Below, piece by piece: positions 1 through 16,205 of a stretch of DNA of 64,000 bases. The stretch spans positions 106,020,001 to 106,084,000 of the forward strand of contig OX597822.1 in the NCBI GenBank assembly GCA_951406725.2, given 5' to 3'. Source of the DNA: Octopus vulgaris. Taxonomy: Eukaryota. The number at the start of each line of letters is the position of its first letter. The first letter of the stretch is position 1. The translations under genes were made by a program, and so were the position numbers. Below the pieces are notes generated by a model. That model was not told where the DNA came from and did not search any database. It worked only from the letters and a program-made list of their open reading frames with translations.

Positions 1-224
1 ATATATGTGCTCCATATTTGATGTGAAGATTCTTAATTTAAATTAACACTGCATCAGTCGCTGTTCATACACGTGTGTTTGCGTGTGTGTGTGTAGAGAG
101 AGAGAGGGGGAGAGAGCGAGAGACAGACAGAGATTTACCTTGATAGCTACAGAGAAGCATACGTAGGAAAAAGTTTATATAATGTGTGTATACACGTTTC
201 TTTGCATATGTATGTATATATACA

Positions 225-389
225 TACATTTTTTTCTCTCCTTGTTTCCTTCTGTGTTCCATTCTGTGGAAGAGCGTAGGCTCGAAACTTGAAAGACTTT
301 TTCAATTCCCAAGCGTTATACTAACACATCTGTTTGTTTTCTACACCACCTGCCTTCGTCTTTTGTTGTTTTGTTCGCGAAGTTGCCCT
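225..389 (+). mobile_element. Short (TA)n-inserted element, family A (hammerhead-like core, degenerate copy)
   Basis: CTGTGGA-A-GAGC-GTAG-GCTC-GAAAC at 264-288; homologous to 12391-12600, 57575-57760 and 60132-60320; abuts (TA)n. Confidence 0.7.
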
Positions 390-392
390 ATG

Positions 393-454
<62 letters not shown>

Positions 455-603
455 ATCGATAAAAGACACGAAATTATAGGGATCTTTTGAATATTGTCTA
501 ATCAGTAATTAGCTACGAATTTTCCTGGCCATGTTTTTGTTAAATCTTTGAAACGCACACACATATACACACACATACATACATGTATATATATGTGTGT
601 ATT

Positions 604-750
604 CTTTTATTATTTTACTTTCTTCAGTTCATTTGACTGCGGGCATGATAGAGCACCGCCTTGAAGGGTTTTGGTCGAACAAATCGACCCCAGAAGTTTG
701 GTTTTTATTGTAATTATTTGTACTTATTCTATCGCTCTGTTTTGCTGAAA
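604..750 (-). mobile_element. 3' fragment of a tRNA/CORE-like SINE
   Basis: Matches 19700-19830 (tttgactgcgg..catg..gagcaccgcc..gtcga.caaatcgacccc). Confidence 0.65.
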
Positions 751-1885
751 TGACACTGAAAATATCAAAATTTAGGCTAATTTAATGTAGCAAAAATTCT
801 AATGAATTAAGTATTATAGCATTGACGTGATTCTCACTGTATACTTCCTTTTGCCCTTCCCCTCGTCGTGTATAAGTGTGTCTATGTATATAGACAGACA
901 GACAGATTGATAGATATATAAATAGGTTTACATACTGGTATATGCATGTATGTATCCTTGAGTGTGATAATTTCGAATCGCTTCACGCTCTGTAACTGAG
1001 ACCTCAGTGTAATACGCTCTGGTGTCGCCATGATCATCAAAAGAACCCACTGCAGTGGCTTAAAACGATTAAAAGAATACAAGATTATACAATATTCCAA
1101 TTAGCTACATTTTCATTCGTTAACTCCATCACAGACACCAGTCTCGTGGGTGATATTCGTAGGAACTGCTTACAAATTCTGAGTGAACCATTTAATTCTC
1201 ATCTAATGTTCATTATTTATAAAAATGAGAGACTATTTTCCTATATAATGTATTCACGTATTTTAACATTTACCCAACTTTTTTGCATGGGAATATATGT
1301 TAGTTATTTTGGGGATAGTTTTCTGCTAATGTGCTTTCCCTGCTAAATATACTCCGGTGCATACTACATCGTGTTTTACTTATGAGATTTTCTACAAATA
1401 TTATTTTTTCCTTCTGATTTGCACTGATCTCCACATGGCCTTATTATGGTTATATATCCTATATCCGTGATACTATATTCACCTCAGTTATTTTGGTTGT
1501 CTTTTCCATGTGTGGGTTTTTTGTTTTTATTTTGTCTTGTATTTTGAGTTGTTTTTTGTTTCGTATATTTCTGCTTGAATAACCCCCACTGTTTTTGTTG
1601 TTTTTTTTACGTAAGTCTTGTAAGAAATATCTAAAAGGAAAAAAAAACAATAGAATTATCCATGACGTATTATGTTAATGCGATAAATCAATACGTTTCT
1701 GCTGTATCAGTAAGTTGACCAAAAAAAAGTCAGAAAAAAATCGACACAGTCATGGCCGTGCCATTTAAAACTCTACTTTGTGGATTCATGGATTTTATTT
1801 CGATCTCAATCTGCAACATCGTCATTGATCTCACTCAAATGTTAGGATCACTGTAAGCGGTGTGTGTGAAATTAAGTTGGAAACT

Positions 1886-2257
1886 TACTTACTTGTGGCG
1901 ACATTCACCCTGGGCGGGTTGAATCAGCTTCTTCTACCATGGAAGAAGTTTCGTGGGAATATGTGGATTCTACAAGCGGTCCCCAACAATCCCGCATGTG
2001 GAGACATCCTGTTTGCCGCAGATTCTCCGCAGATGCAGGGACAGAACGACCGAGGTGCCGCCGGTTGCCGAAACAGACACTCCGAGGATTTTCACCAGAG
2101 CCCCGTCTGCCGGGTTGTGGCCCTAATACCACTCGGTGTCAGACCAATCCGCCTTGGGTGGCTCTACCAGGAACCGAAGTTCCCGACGGCATAGCTCTGA
2201 CACCACCCGTTGCCAGTGTCCCCACCATGGTGAGGAGGGGATGGACTTTGGGGACGC
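1886..2257 (-). mobile_element. 372-bp non-autonomous non-LTR (RTE-like) element
   Basis: 12-bp TSD AAGTTGGAAACT at 1874-1885 and 2258-2269; (TAAG)n tail on the minus strand; GC-rich body; 5' motif GAGCTATGCCGTCGGG..CCTGGTAGAGCCACCCA resembles RTE 5' UTRs. Confidence 0.7.
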
Positions 2258-3327
2258 AAGTTGGAAACTGTATGGAAGCCTATCGAAAACACCATTCCTG
2301 CTGTTGGTTGATGGCATTAATCCGTCACCTTATTTAATAACCACACCCTATTCTCAGGTAACTTAATTGAAGTCACCTCTGTTGCAAGTTTTCGGAATAT
2401 ATTTCCGGCTTGACAATAATCCCCTTCCCTCGCTAACATTACATCAGTCGCAGACGCCTTGAATAACGCCAAAAGGGGAGGCTACTGTTATTCTCCTAAA
2501 TCATTAAATTTATATGTTTTAAAATACTTTCATGTTTTTAGATTTATAGCTCAAAGTTCTTTACTTAAATGTAAAATGCCTGTTTTTTCCTCCGAAATCA
2601 ATAAAGCCACACCTTCAGTCAAATGCTGGAGTTTATTTAATAGTTTCATCTATCAGAGCCATTGATATGCTGCCAAATCAAACAAAGAAAGGTTTGAATA
2701 TTTTTGTGGCTTTTCCGTGTAAATTTCAACTTTAATGTTATGTTTTACATTCTAGTTGTCTCATTTATCTACACAGACAAGAAAAATAACTAGGTTTAGA
2801 TTATTTATACGTTTGTTCATATCTTACAGTTTATTAAGTGTCAAACAATTTTTAAGATGTACATATTTTTGAATTTCTTTTGAAAGACTTCTGATGTAAA
2901 AATGATTGTCGAAACATTAATATCGTTGTACTTTACTAGATTAAACTGCCAGTAGTCATATACACTGATTGTTTCTTACTTCAGTTATACTTTAATATTA
3001 AAAAACTCATCTTAAATTTTTCGTCACGCGACTGTGATTTTTCCAATGGCTTTATATTCTTCAATTGATTTTCTTTATTGTTTGCATTATGCTATCAAGC
3101 ATGGAGTACGTTGTCGAGTTAATATTTTATATTCTCTTTTATTTTTGTTTACACTTGACTGTTTATAGTTTTGTTGGTTGTAGCATAAGTACCTATATGT
3201 TTATTTACTTGGTCAGTTGTAAATATGTGAGCTTGTGGTCTTATATCTGTGTTTTATGTATAATTGTGTGTTGTGGATAACTTTAATCTTAGCTTGATTT
3301 TCATCTTAACATTACTATAGCAGTGTA

Positions 3328-3711
3328 TGGACGCGCAATGGCCCAATGGTTAGGGCAGCGGACTCGCGGTCATACGATCGCGGTTTCGATTCCCAGACCG
3401 GGCGTTGTGAGTGTTTATTGAGCGAAAACACCTAAAAGCTCCACGAGGCTCCGGCAGAGGATGGTGGTGATCCCTGCTGTACTCTTTCACCACAACTTTC
3501 TCTCACTCTTACTTCCTGTTTCTGTTGTACCTGTATTTCAAGGGGCCGGCCTTGTCACTCTCTGTGTCACGCTGAATATCCCCAAGAACTACATTAAGGG
3601 TACACGTGTCTGTGGAGTGCTCAGCCACTTACACGTTAATTTCACGAGCAGGTTGTTCCGTTGATTCGGATCAACCGGAACCCTCATCGTCGTAACCGAC
3701 GGAGTGCTTCC
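3328..3711 (+). mobile_element. tRNA-derived SINE, full length
   Basis: A box TGGCCCAATGG and B box GGTTTCGATTCC; near-identical copies at 17092, 21109 and 30249. Confidence 0.9.
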
Positions 3712-5052
3712 ATTTACTTGGTCAGTTGTAAATATGTGAGCTTGTGGTCTTATATTTGTGTTTTATGTATAATTGTGCGTTGTATAACTTTAATCTTAGC
3801 TTGTTTTTCATCTTAACATTACTATAGCAGTGTGTGGTGGTGATGGTCGTGGTTGTGATATTACTGCATTTATCCATTCTGTTGAAAGTGTGAGTGATTT
3901 TAGAATCTTTTAACAGGTGTACGGACTACTTCTGTGGCTAGTCAATGTGCCGAGAGCTTTGATGCGTGGAAATAATTTTTATCTCAATATTATTTATTTA
4001 TTTATTATGCATCAACCTGGAATGTTGAAATGGGTATGGATATCTACCAATTTCTTTTTCACTGCATTTATTTAATGCTCCCTGGCTCATTCACCCATAT
4101 TGTAGGCTAATTCTCCTATACAGGTTGTGCTGTGCGCTTATACAGCCCTAGCAGGATCATCATGATCTACATGTCATCCCTATAGCTGAAGCTTATCTGC
4201 GGTATAGCTGCTTACTCTCTGATGTTGTCAACATAGTTCTTTTTTGTGTATTTTAAGGAGGTTTGCTGGATCAGTTTGTTTTTGTTTCGCTTTTGATCGT
4301 TGTGTTTCTATAACTGATATTCAGTTTCCTTTCGTGTAGTGATTCCCTAAAGTTGTATTTGGGGATTAGTTCACCAAAGGTTGGAGAATCGATGAGCATT
4401 GCAGTTTGGAATTACTCAAGTATATGAGGTACACTCTACATTTATTATCACAGAAGATGGTTTCGGAAATTTTCTACGTTCTTCTTTTCACGAATTCGAT
4501 CCATTTTATTGATCCACGTTCCCGTATGAAACGGATAAAATTCTATCTGATTTCTCGCTTCACAGGATGGACACATACGAGATCTAATTGTCATCACACT
4601 TACTAGATCTGCGGTTCTGATGGTACATATTTCCTTTTTGCTTAGATAGCTGAAACCCAAAAGATTAAGTGTATAGCGACCAATGGTTTCATATACTGTG
4701 AAAGAGAATTTGTTTCAGGTCTGTTATAGTTTATTGTTATATGAAAACTTTAGATCGTACGTATGTGTATGTATGTGTGTGTGTGTGTGTGTATGTGTGT
4801 GCGTGATTAATTACTGTGTGTGTGTGAGAGAGAGAGAGAGAGTTTAATTTCTAAAACTCCTTTTGCAATTGCTGTATTTTTATACCCGTTTCCACAAGTG
4901 TAGATGATTTATATCATCCATCTTTTAAAATTCATTTCCAACTCGTTTTTAATGCTTACATTTTTATTGTTACGATCAGTAGCTTTTCATCCAACAGATT
5001 CCAGTTATTTAGTATATTAATAATGCTCTGTCCAATCAGCTTTTATTGCTTA

Positions 5053-5435
5053 CTAGCAGTATCGCCCGGCGTTGCTCGGGTTTGTAAGGGAAATAACTAT
5101 AAAGCATTTTTAGAGAGTTATAGCCAAAAAATAGCAAAAAGATGGAAAAAAATGATGGTAAATTTTTTTTTTAGTTAAAAAAGGTGGAGTTGCGTCCCCT
5201 AGACAGTTTGCGGTTTGTGTTTCTGATTCTCGACCCCATGTCGAATTTATCGATTTTTTTCAGAACTGGGGGAAATTTTCAAAATTTTCGCTGCGTTAGT
5301 TTTGAATTATGACATTGGGCTATGTGTGTGTCAAGTTTCATCAGAATCGGTTGAAAGCCGTGGTTAGGGTGAGGGTACAAGAAAACAGACACACAGAAAC
5401 ACGCACAGACAAACTGCCGTTTATATAGAGAGAGA
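5053..5435 (-). mobile_element. Non-autonomous Helitron
   Basis: Minus strand starts TC(TCTCTATATAAAC) and ends with the hairpin CCCG-AGCAACGC-CGGG followed by CTAG; inserted between host A and T, no TSD. Confidence 0.8.
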
Positions 5436-5790
5436 TTCGATGATACATTAAGTTTTAATTTCTACACCATTTATACATACTCATAATACTTTTTTATATA
5501 TTAAATTCTTCCTCTCTGATGAACCGGTTACGTAAAAGAAGTTTGTGAAGTCTTTTCAGTTCCAGCAAAATATTATTGTCAGATATACATATATGTTTTA
5601 TATAGTTGTTTTGAATATCGATGTACAGCCTATGATACTGCATGTTCATTCCATAAGGAGGTTCACTGTCTTCAGGGTCAATTTAAAACATGATTCGTGT
5701 ATTTCATATTTTCCCTTCCGTTCGTTTTGTAACAATTTTACGTTTCTGCTTACACACACACGCATATGCACACGCATATGCACACGCACA

Positions 5791-5839
<49 letters not shown>

Positions 5840-6045
5840 TCATATATATATAGGAATATAAAAACGTAATATATCTATACATATATATGTATGCATATAT
5901 ATATACATTTACATATATGTACGCATACATATATTTATACATGCATATGATATATATATTATATATATGTATGTGTGTATATATATGTGTATGTATATAC
6001 ATATATATATGCATGTATGTATGGATATATATATATATATGTATA

Positions 6046-7194
6046 TAAGTGTTTCCTGACAGACAGATCTCAACATGTTGTAGTTGAAGGGGTAAAATCA
6101 AGCCCAGCCAAAGTCAGTAGTGGCGTTCCGCAAGGCACTGTGCTGGGCCCACTTCTTTTCATCATTTACATTAATGACATTAATGACATCATCAAGCACA
6201 GCAACATAAAAATCTTTGCAGATGACTCCAAGCTACAGAAGGTCATAAATGTGGCGAGTGACCGGACATGCCTTCAGTCAGATCTACTGGCTGTTATCCA
6301 ATGGGCAGAAAAAAACAATATGCTGCTGAACGAGGATAAATTTGAGCTAATCCACTTTGGAAAAGAGGATGCCCTGAAACTCCCATACTCCCTTCCTTCA
6401 GGTGAAACTCTCGCGGCGTCCAACAACATCAGAGACTTGGGAGTAATTGTGGACAACAACGTAAGCTGGGCCACTCATATAAACACCAAAGTTGACATGG
6501 CCCGCAGAATGTGTTCCTGGATTCTCAGAACTTTCCAGTCGAGAGATATCCACACCATTATCCTTCTCTTCTCCACTTTTGCCCGACCCCACCTTGAATA
6601 CTGTTGTCCACTGTGGTCTCCCCACACAATACAAGGTATCAAAAAAGTCGAAGCACCTCAAAGGGCAATCACAAAAAAGATAGATGGCATGACAGGCCTC
6701 GACTATTGGGATGACTAGAAAAGCTAAAACTCTATTCTCTCCAACGTCGTCGTGAGCGCTACATCATCTGCATGATGTGGAAAATATTCCATCAGCATTG
6801 CCCAAATGATGTTGGCATCACCTTTAAGGTACATTCAAGGCTTGGGCCCCGTGCCATCCGCCCAAAACAAAAATCGCACTCTCATCTCATAACAACAATA
6901 CGGCACAATTATTTCACCTCAATTGGCCCCGCTCTCTTTAACATTACACCAAAACACATTAAAACAGAAACTGACCCTATAGGGTTCAAGAAGTCTTTGG
7001 ACAGATTCCTTCAAGAAATCCCGGATAAACCCCCTACACCCGGATATGTCTCTGTAAACAATAACTCTCTACTTGAGTGGGCCATAGTGCCCAAATTCTG
7101 ACTTGAAAGACTTCACCAGGTGGTGCTATTAAGTTAGACATGGCCTGGGCCAATAATGGCCGAAACCTATCAAAGTATCAAAGTATCAAAGTAT
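6046..7194 (+). mobile_element. 5'-truncated CR1-group LINE (RT domain and 3' end), one frameshift near 6712
   Basis: SGVPQGTVLGPLLF, FADD, PHLEYCCPLWSP, then YWD(R)LEKLKLYSLQRRRERY in a shifted frame; stop at 7101; (ATCAAAGT)n tail; inserted in a TA-rich array. Confidence 0.9.
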
Positions 7195-7620
<426 letters not shown>

Positions 7621-9269
7621 TGTGTGGTGAATTGGCAGTTATGTCGTTTCATTCTAATTTAGTCTTTAGTCTTTCTTCGTCGACTTAAAACATTTCATTT
7701 TGCTTGAATCGTTTCGTTTTGTTTTTCTCAAAATTCAATTGTTTTATTTATTTATTTATTTTTGCCTTATCTCTTGATTAAGAATTTCCTTTTTAATTTA
7801 TTTATTTATTCATCTTTTTTTATTCTTTTTCCAAGTTTTTGTAACAGTTTCCATTACTCCACTTTTTTTGTTGATAGTCTTGTCTTTATTTGCGGTTACA
7901 CTATCTTTGTTTTGTTTTGTGTGTTTTTTACTACGGAGAGTGATTTCATTCTGTAGTTATTATTTCCTGAATGATTTTAGTTGTTTACTTTCATGTTCAT
8001 TTATCGATTTCAATATCAGCCTTCTTCATTTATTTTATATGGACTTGACGTAGTTGGTTGATTTATATTACTCATATTTTATGTCACTTTTTATCTTTTA
8101 TTACTTCCATTGCATCAATATTGTTGTTGTTTGTCTTCTATTTCACTGTTCTATTTTCCATCTTGTGTATTTGACTTAATATAAATATTAAGCATAAATA
8201 CAGACAAACCAACAAAGGAGCTTCTATGTCGTCAGTCTGTCTGTTAAAAATAGTAACCAAATCTCCTTTAAAAGTATCATATCGTACTATCTTGGGAAAA
8301 AACACCTTTGGTTAATGAATTTTGGAATAGCATTTAAAAAACCTGATTGACATCAATGGAATGCGTTTTATCAAAGTTATTTGTATCAGGACAAACAAAA
8401 ATTAGGTATAAAGTGGAAGAAAAGTGAGGATATGTATGCATATGTTTCCGAAAACTTTTGGTAATACATGTGGAATATAAGCCATCTCAAACTTATGAGT
8501 AATATATATTTTTTTTCCGCAATGATTAAAATTTGTTGTAAATATTTTATATTTAATCAGTTTCTATTATATTTAATCAGTTTCAAGTACCTAAATTATA
8601 AGATTCTTTGTTATAATTCCAATTTAACTGGGCCCTCTTTATTCTATATATAAACCTGCTCACTTCCTCTAACTTCACTGCTAATCTCACCAACTTCAGT
8701 ATCATCTACAACCTTTAGGTAGTCACTTGTCCTGTAGAAATAGCAGTAAAGTAATTTTGAATTTGAACGCCCACCACCCCAACCACTACTATCTGGATTT
8801 AGAAGGAATATATTAAATAAGACAGTCTTACTCAATAGTAAATGGCAGGATGGTTCTGCGTAGAAAATATTTTATCCTAAGCTCTGCTGGGACAAATCTT
8901 ATCTAAGGAAGAACAGCCACAGCATCCATTCTTACATCCTTTAGTCGTTCATATTGTTATTTCTTTCTTCTGTAGCATCAAATGCTTCGGTAAGCTATCT
9001 TACTTGCCTTGTATTGCTATCTTCAAACCACTCAAAGGTTACTTTGCTTCGTAACTCTCATTCAAATGCTCGAATATCAAACAAAATGATAGAAACAACG
9101 TTGCTTTACATCCCTTGGTCAATATATTCGTCGAAATAACACACAGGCCATGCTGGAATTAACGTCGACTCATAAGCCCTCTTGCAACTTTCTACACATA
9201 AGTGAAAACTGCGTCATGGATATTGATTTCCTCTTTATTGAAAGATGATACATCATAACGTCTAAATAC

Positions 9270-9840
9270 ATCCAACGAAATATTACTACTCAGTTATATG
9301 GCTGTGAAACATTGCCTGACTACCAATGGCGTTCAAAGAAGTTGAATCGTTTCTGTAACACTGGCCTTACGAACGTTCTTCACATGAAATTGCCACAGAA
9401 GATACTTCATTCAGTAGTACTCTTTCATGCTGCACTGGTCAGCATTCACACAATCCTAGTGCAGTCACATCTACGTTGGGCAAGTCATACTGCTCGCATG
9501 CCAGGTCGCAGCCTCTCAAGGATCCTTCCTTACGGCGAATTCAAGCGCGATAAATGTTCTCGGTGAGACCAGAAGAGTGCCACAGAGCGACAGGGAAAGC
9601 TTCTATGAAAACCTTCAATATCAACCATAAAGAGACGGATGAGACAACATTAGACAGAGAAGAAAGGTATGAATTGGTTCGGAAGGCTCCCAAACATATT
9701 AGAGCAATAAAGTAACTGCAGCTGAGCAAGACAAGTCGGCCAGAAAAGTTAATACTGTCAGCATTGTCTCTCCTCACTCAATGGGTCTTCCACGCACGGA
9801 GTGGACTACCACGCCATCTGTGCATTCACAATACCCGACT
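9270..9840 (+). mobile_element. Degraded RTE-clade LINE 3' fragment
   Basis: LYGCET...KLNRF...QSHLRWASHTARMP...LPYGEF resembles the RTE/BovB RT C-terminus; remnant zinc-finger-like FHAR.GL..H near 9790. Confidence 0.7.
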
Positions 9841-10224
9841 TCCCTAAAATGATTAGTAGGTCATAATCAGATCGACCTTTCAACAACACTGCCCATACAT
9901 CCGAACGAAGCAGTGCACTCATTTCTCCTATTAAAATTTTTGACTGCTGTTGTTCGTCTTATGAGTACTTTAAACCCGTTCTGTTAATATAATTCTGCTA
10001 ATACAACTACAAAGATCTTTGTTCCTCTGAATAGGCTGACTCACTTAATCTACACAATTGATCTCAACTGTTTATCAATGCACAATATCATATCCTTCCT
10101 AACAGAAACCTTCAAAAGAGTGTATTGAAGAATAATAACTAGTAATAGATGTTTTAAATACGAGCTCACTGATTGAAGTTACCATAAATGAGACGATTTA
10201 TTGTCTCTTCGTGTTGATTAATCA

Positions 10225-10470
10225 ATATTTAATTGCTATTACAGAGTTGAGATTACAATTAGGACTTTGTATTTTTATTATCAAGCATTGCTTTTGTGCG
10301 GCTATAATGAAGCCTTCAGCATCTGCCTTTATTCTGTAAACATTGTTGCCACCTCTCTGTATACATTGATTAGAAGAGATATTTCTTATTAGACAGGTCC
10401 TTTGTTTTGTATTTTTCCGCATCCTCATTTGTAACAATACAAATTTAATTTTTGTAACCAAATCGATTCA
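10225..10470 (-). mobile_element. Degraded R4/Dong-like LINE fragment
   Basis: IKADAEGFIIAAQKQCL resembles the post-RT motif LK.ETEGFI.AAQDQ.L. Confidence 0.6.
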
Positions 10471-10688
10471 CATCTCATTCACGAATAGAAATGTTTAATT
10501 TTCAAACCACAGAGAAAAAAGTTATTGCCTAATTATTTAGGTATGTTTTGTATTTAGGGAAAGCAATGAAGTGGAAGTTTAAAAAGCTGGACATTTTTTT
10601 CCTGTAAAGCTAAATATGGCAAATATATTTATGTGTTACATTTCTGAATCTGCAGATTTGTGTCACATACTTCATGCCCCAAGTAATA

Positions 10689-12318
<1,630 letters not shown>

Positions 12319-12390
12319 CACACACATACACACACACATACACATAGACATACACACACACATACACACACACACACATATATATATATA

Positions 12391-12600
12391 ACGGGAAGCT
12401 TTATGAAAATAAACAAAAGACGAAGGCAGGTGGAATACAAACAAACAATTGTATTAGTATGGCGCTCAGGAATATAGATAAAACAAGTCTTTTACGTTTC
12501 GAGCCTACGCTCTTCAACAGAAAGATACACAGAAAAGAAACACGGAGAGAAACAAGGAGAGAAAAAAATGCGTGCAGAAGCTAGCGAATCAACATTGGTC
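12391..12600 (-). mobile_element. Family A (TA)n-associated element with hammerhead-like core
   Basis: Minus strand TCTTT-CTGTTGA-A-GAGC-GTAG-GCTC-GAAAC-GTA-AAAGA at 12525-12488. Confidence 0.75.
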
Positions 12601-12847
12601 ATAATCCTTGTAGATTTCGAATGATGCCACCATCCCAGGCTATTGGAGGAAGCAAACATTTCACCTAATGGAAACATTATTCCACCGTAGGGTATCTATT
12701 TACTGTTGAGTGAATTGGGGCTAAGTAAAATAAATTGTTTTGCTCAAGAACTCAACGCGCAGCCGGAGTGTCAAATGAAACCACGATCTCACGAATGTGA
12801 GCGCAACACGCCTAACCACTAAGCCATGCACCTTCCTACAGATATGC

Positions 12848-12879
<32 letters not shown>

Positions 12880-13137
12880 TGTTATACTTTGGGATAGTCA
12901 TATTTTGCCAATTAAATTCATACACTGTATGTTTACTTTGTACTTTATTATCATTATTTCAATTTCTTTCTCAAAACTCTTTCCTCACACATCATGTGAC
13001 CTCCTCAATGACTCACTATAGCACTTCTCTTCTCTTGTTTTTTTTTTCATGAAAAGACATGTGGCTTAAAGATATATATACACCTAGATATATATTTATA
13101 TATATACTTCTATCTATCCTCTTTATTCTACCGATCC

Positions 13138-13225
<88 letters not shown>
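13138..13225. repeat. (AGAT)n microsatellite
   Basis: Direct inspection. Confidence 0.95.
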
Positions 13226-13434
13226 CACGTTTATGTATTTGTTTTCCATGGTAGTTGATGTGAAATTTTATTAGTAGTACACAAAAACATGTATTGTTTC
13301 AATTAAATATTTATCTCTCGCCAGAGGGAGTACTTTTTTTGTTGATCTTACCGTCACGGATGAGTATATTTTATATACTCTTCCGTAACACACATGTATA
13401 TAAACACACACACACACACACACATGCACACACA

Positions 13435-13647
13435 CGAGAAGATGCTGAATAGTTCATGCCTTTGGATAAAAGACAATTCAGAAGGATCACTTAACTATGA
13501 ATTTATTTAACATATTCCTCCTTTCAATCACATACTTATTGCAGCGGTCCTTCAGTTTTCTAAACCCTGTAAAAGAACTCGGACAGATGAGGTTTCAATT
13601 ACGCCTTTCGCGATACCCTTAAAGCCAGCCAATTTCAGCATCCCTTG
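13435..13647. mobile_element. Mariner-type MITE
   Basis: Imperfect ~28-bp TIRs CGAGAAGATGCTGAATAGTTCATGCCTTT / AAAGCCAGCCAATTTCAGCATCCCTTG. Confidence 0.6.
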
Positions 13648-16077
13648 ATACACACACACACATATACATATCATAAATATAACGATACTGTAACAAAAGA
13701 ATAGACTACACTTCAAAGAATTTCGTGGCAGGTGAAAGTCTAAACTCTACTATAAATAGCAAATGGTTTCCACTATATAGCTATAAATGTGTTCGGCAGA
13801 TTTCACTCGTTGCAAATAGTAAAGATTGCGGTATACGGAATGTATTAACGGAGCGATGGCAGTAGCTTAGAAAAGAATTCTGGAAAAATATACAATGAGG
13901 TAAATACAATAAAATAAAAGAATAAAGATGTAATAAAAAAAAAAGAAATTTTGTCAAAAAGATTTGCATTACAAATATTTGGTTGACCGTCCAGTAGCTT
14001 TTTCACTTAATACATCATACGATGAGGAAATTAATGAATAAGATAAATAAATGAAGAGACAAACAAACAAGCTGTATGAAAAATAAAATGAAATGGGTTT
14101 AAATATCGAGATAGGAGGAGAGATTTGTCAAAGACAATGTGTATGATTTTTGCTGAGGTAGTAAGGTGCATAGTAAAGTGGCCTAAACTGATGAAATTTC
14201 ATGCATGGTTGATTCTGAAAGACATAAATGTCATTCCAAGATCATTACTAATGGCACAAACATACACGTACATATATTTCATACGAATATTCTCAGATAT
14301 TCATATTCATAGAGACGCTTACACACACACACAACAGTTCTCACGCAAAAAATATTTATATCAAAATAATTATTTCACATATACTGGAAGTCCTTCGACA
14401 TGTTTAAGTGATGAAATTAATGTATAATATAATTCGCGTATATATATATATATATATATACATGCATATTCATACGTGTACACATGCTTGCAATATTCAA
14501 ACAAATGCATGCATACTATGGTCCATATCCTATCAAGTTATCCCAATATCAATTCTAAGAATTAGGATAAATAATGTAACTGGAAACGACAGGTTAAAAC
14601 TTAGGAATCAGATATAATCAAGCAAAGTAAAGTAGGGAAAACCTAAATTCTGAAGTAAACTAAGGAAGCTACATTGTAGAATTATCCGGTAGTATTATTA
14701 TCGTACTGGAATTAACGCAAATAATTTCATTATAAGTATAATATAGAGAGGACTGGTAGTACATTTGTGGACATCGTATAACACATTTATAAGAAAAGAT
14801 TTATAGCTAATTAGTTCCTAGCATAGAGTTTTATAGCTAATTTGTCCTTAGAACAAATTATTTCATAGAATTAGTTCATAGAATAAACCAGTCATAGTTA
14901 TCATTACTATCTTTATAGAGTAATGTTAAATTGCCAATCAAATCAACGGACTGTCGTTGAATAAATTTAGCATGGTAGAAATGCAAACACAGAAAAGTAG
15001 AAATTATACTACTTAAAGAGTACAAACCTCCAAGGGTTGACTAGTAATAGTGCATCTAGATTAACGTCAATACGTTGGACATAGGATATATGTGTGGATA
15101 TCGCATCATTACATCCTCTCTTTAACTAATGGGATATGATTTTCACTTAATTATTTTATAAGTTTCCGATATACACACATTACATATATCGTTGCTGATA
15201 TATACGGTTCTGTCTTGCATATTATAGAGCAAGCAATTTCACACTCAAACTTTTTATCTGCAACAATCCATAGAAAAATATCTACAGATGCAAAAATTAG
15301 TTTTGTTCCTGTCCGTAACTCCCCAAGTCTTATAACAATATCTAAATTTAAACTTATTTGAGGTAGTCACAATACATACATAAACATTAGCGAGTGCACG
15401 TACAGAACATTTATATGCAACATTCTTGCAAAAACAATAACATTCAAGTGGAGACAGAGATCTGTTTCTACAATTGTATAGTTCATTTACTCAATTTTTC
15501 TCGATTGCATTGGTTAGACTTGCTGTTTACTGACGTATTAATATTTGTGATACTACTTTGATCATTAGATCTCGGTGCATTCATGCTATTACTTAGTTAA
15601 TTCTAAGGAAACTATAATTTCTGGATACACTGTTGAGTTTAGTTATGTACTGGGAAATATTAGCTGCTATGGAGTAGGTTAACGCTCAATTTCTCTTAAG
15701 TATCTTCCATTATGGGCCAAATGTAAGGAAATACTTGTCCAGAACATTAAAAATTAATGCGGCTATGTTCGTTAGTAAATTTAATCCGAATCACCACTTT
15801 TAGATAATTGTCTATACCCTTCGTTTCGGTACATATTGGTTCGAATGGCGTCATAGGTGAAGTGAGTAGGTTCATTTGCCACATATTTCGTATTTCCACA
15901 TTCTGGCTTAATTACTGTCGTCGTACTATAACATTTTGGCCTAAACGTCTCTCTACATCAATATCCCTGCGAGAATATATCAGTTAATTGTTTTCGTATT
16001 GTCCTCTCTACTTAAGCAATTATTTTTATGTCTAGTTAGATTATTATCGTTAACATGATTTCTACCTTTCGAATAAA

Positions 16078-16205
<128 letters not shown>

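Noticed and set aside
3328-3405. tRNA-like sequences with A and B boxes
   Set aside because: They are SINE heads continuing into SINE bodies with TSDs, not stand-alone tRNA genes.
3461-3664. Recurrent 67-aa ORF MVVIPAVLFHHNF... (also at 17140, 21161 and 30299)
   Set aside because: Incidental frame inside SINE copies, not a gene family.
4448-4700. Minus-strand ORF with faint resemblance to a PLE GIY-YIG C-terminus (EFYPF..RE)
   Set aside because: Too degenerate to call without a profile search.
5511-5545. CTGATGA-ACCGGTTACG as a hammerhead, and GGCCGAAACGTGTA near 24050
   Set aside because: Each has only half of the core; possibly decayed remnants, but not supportable.
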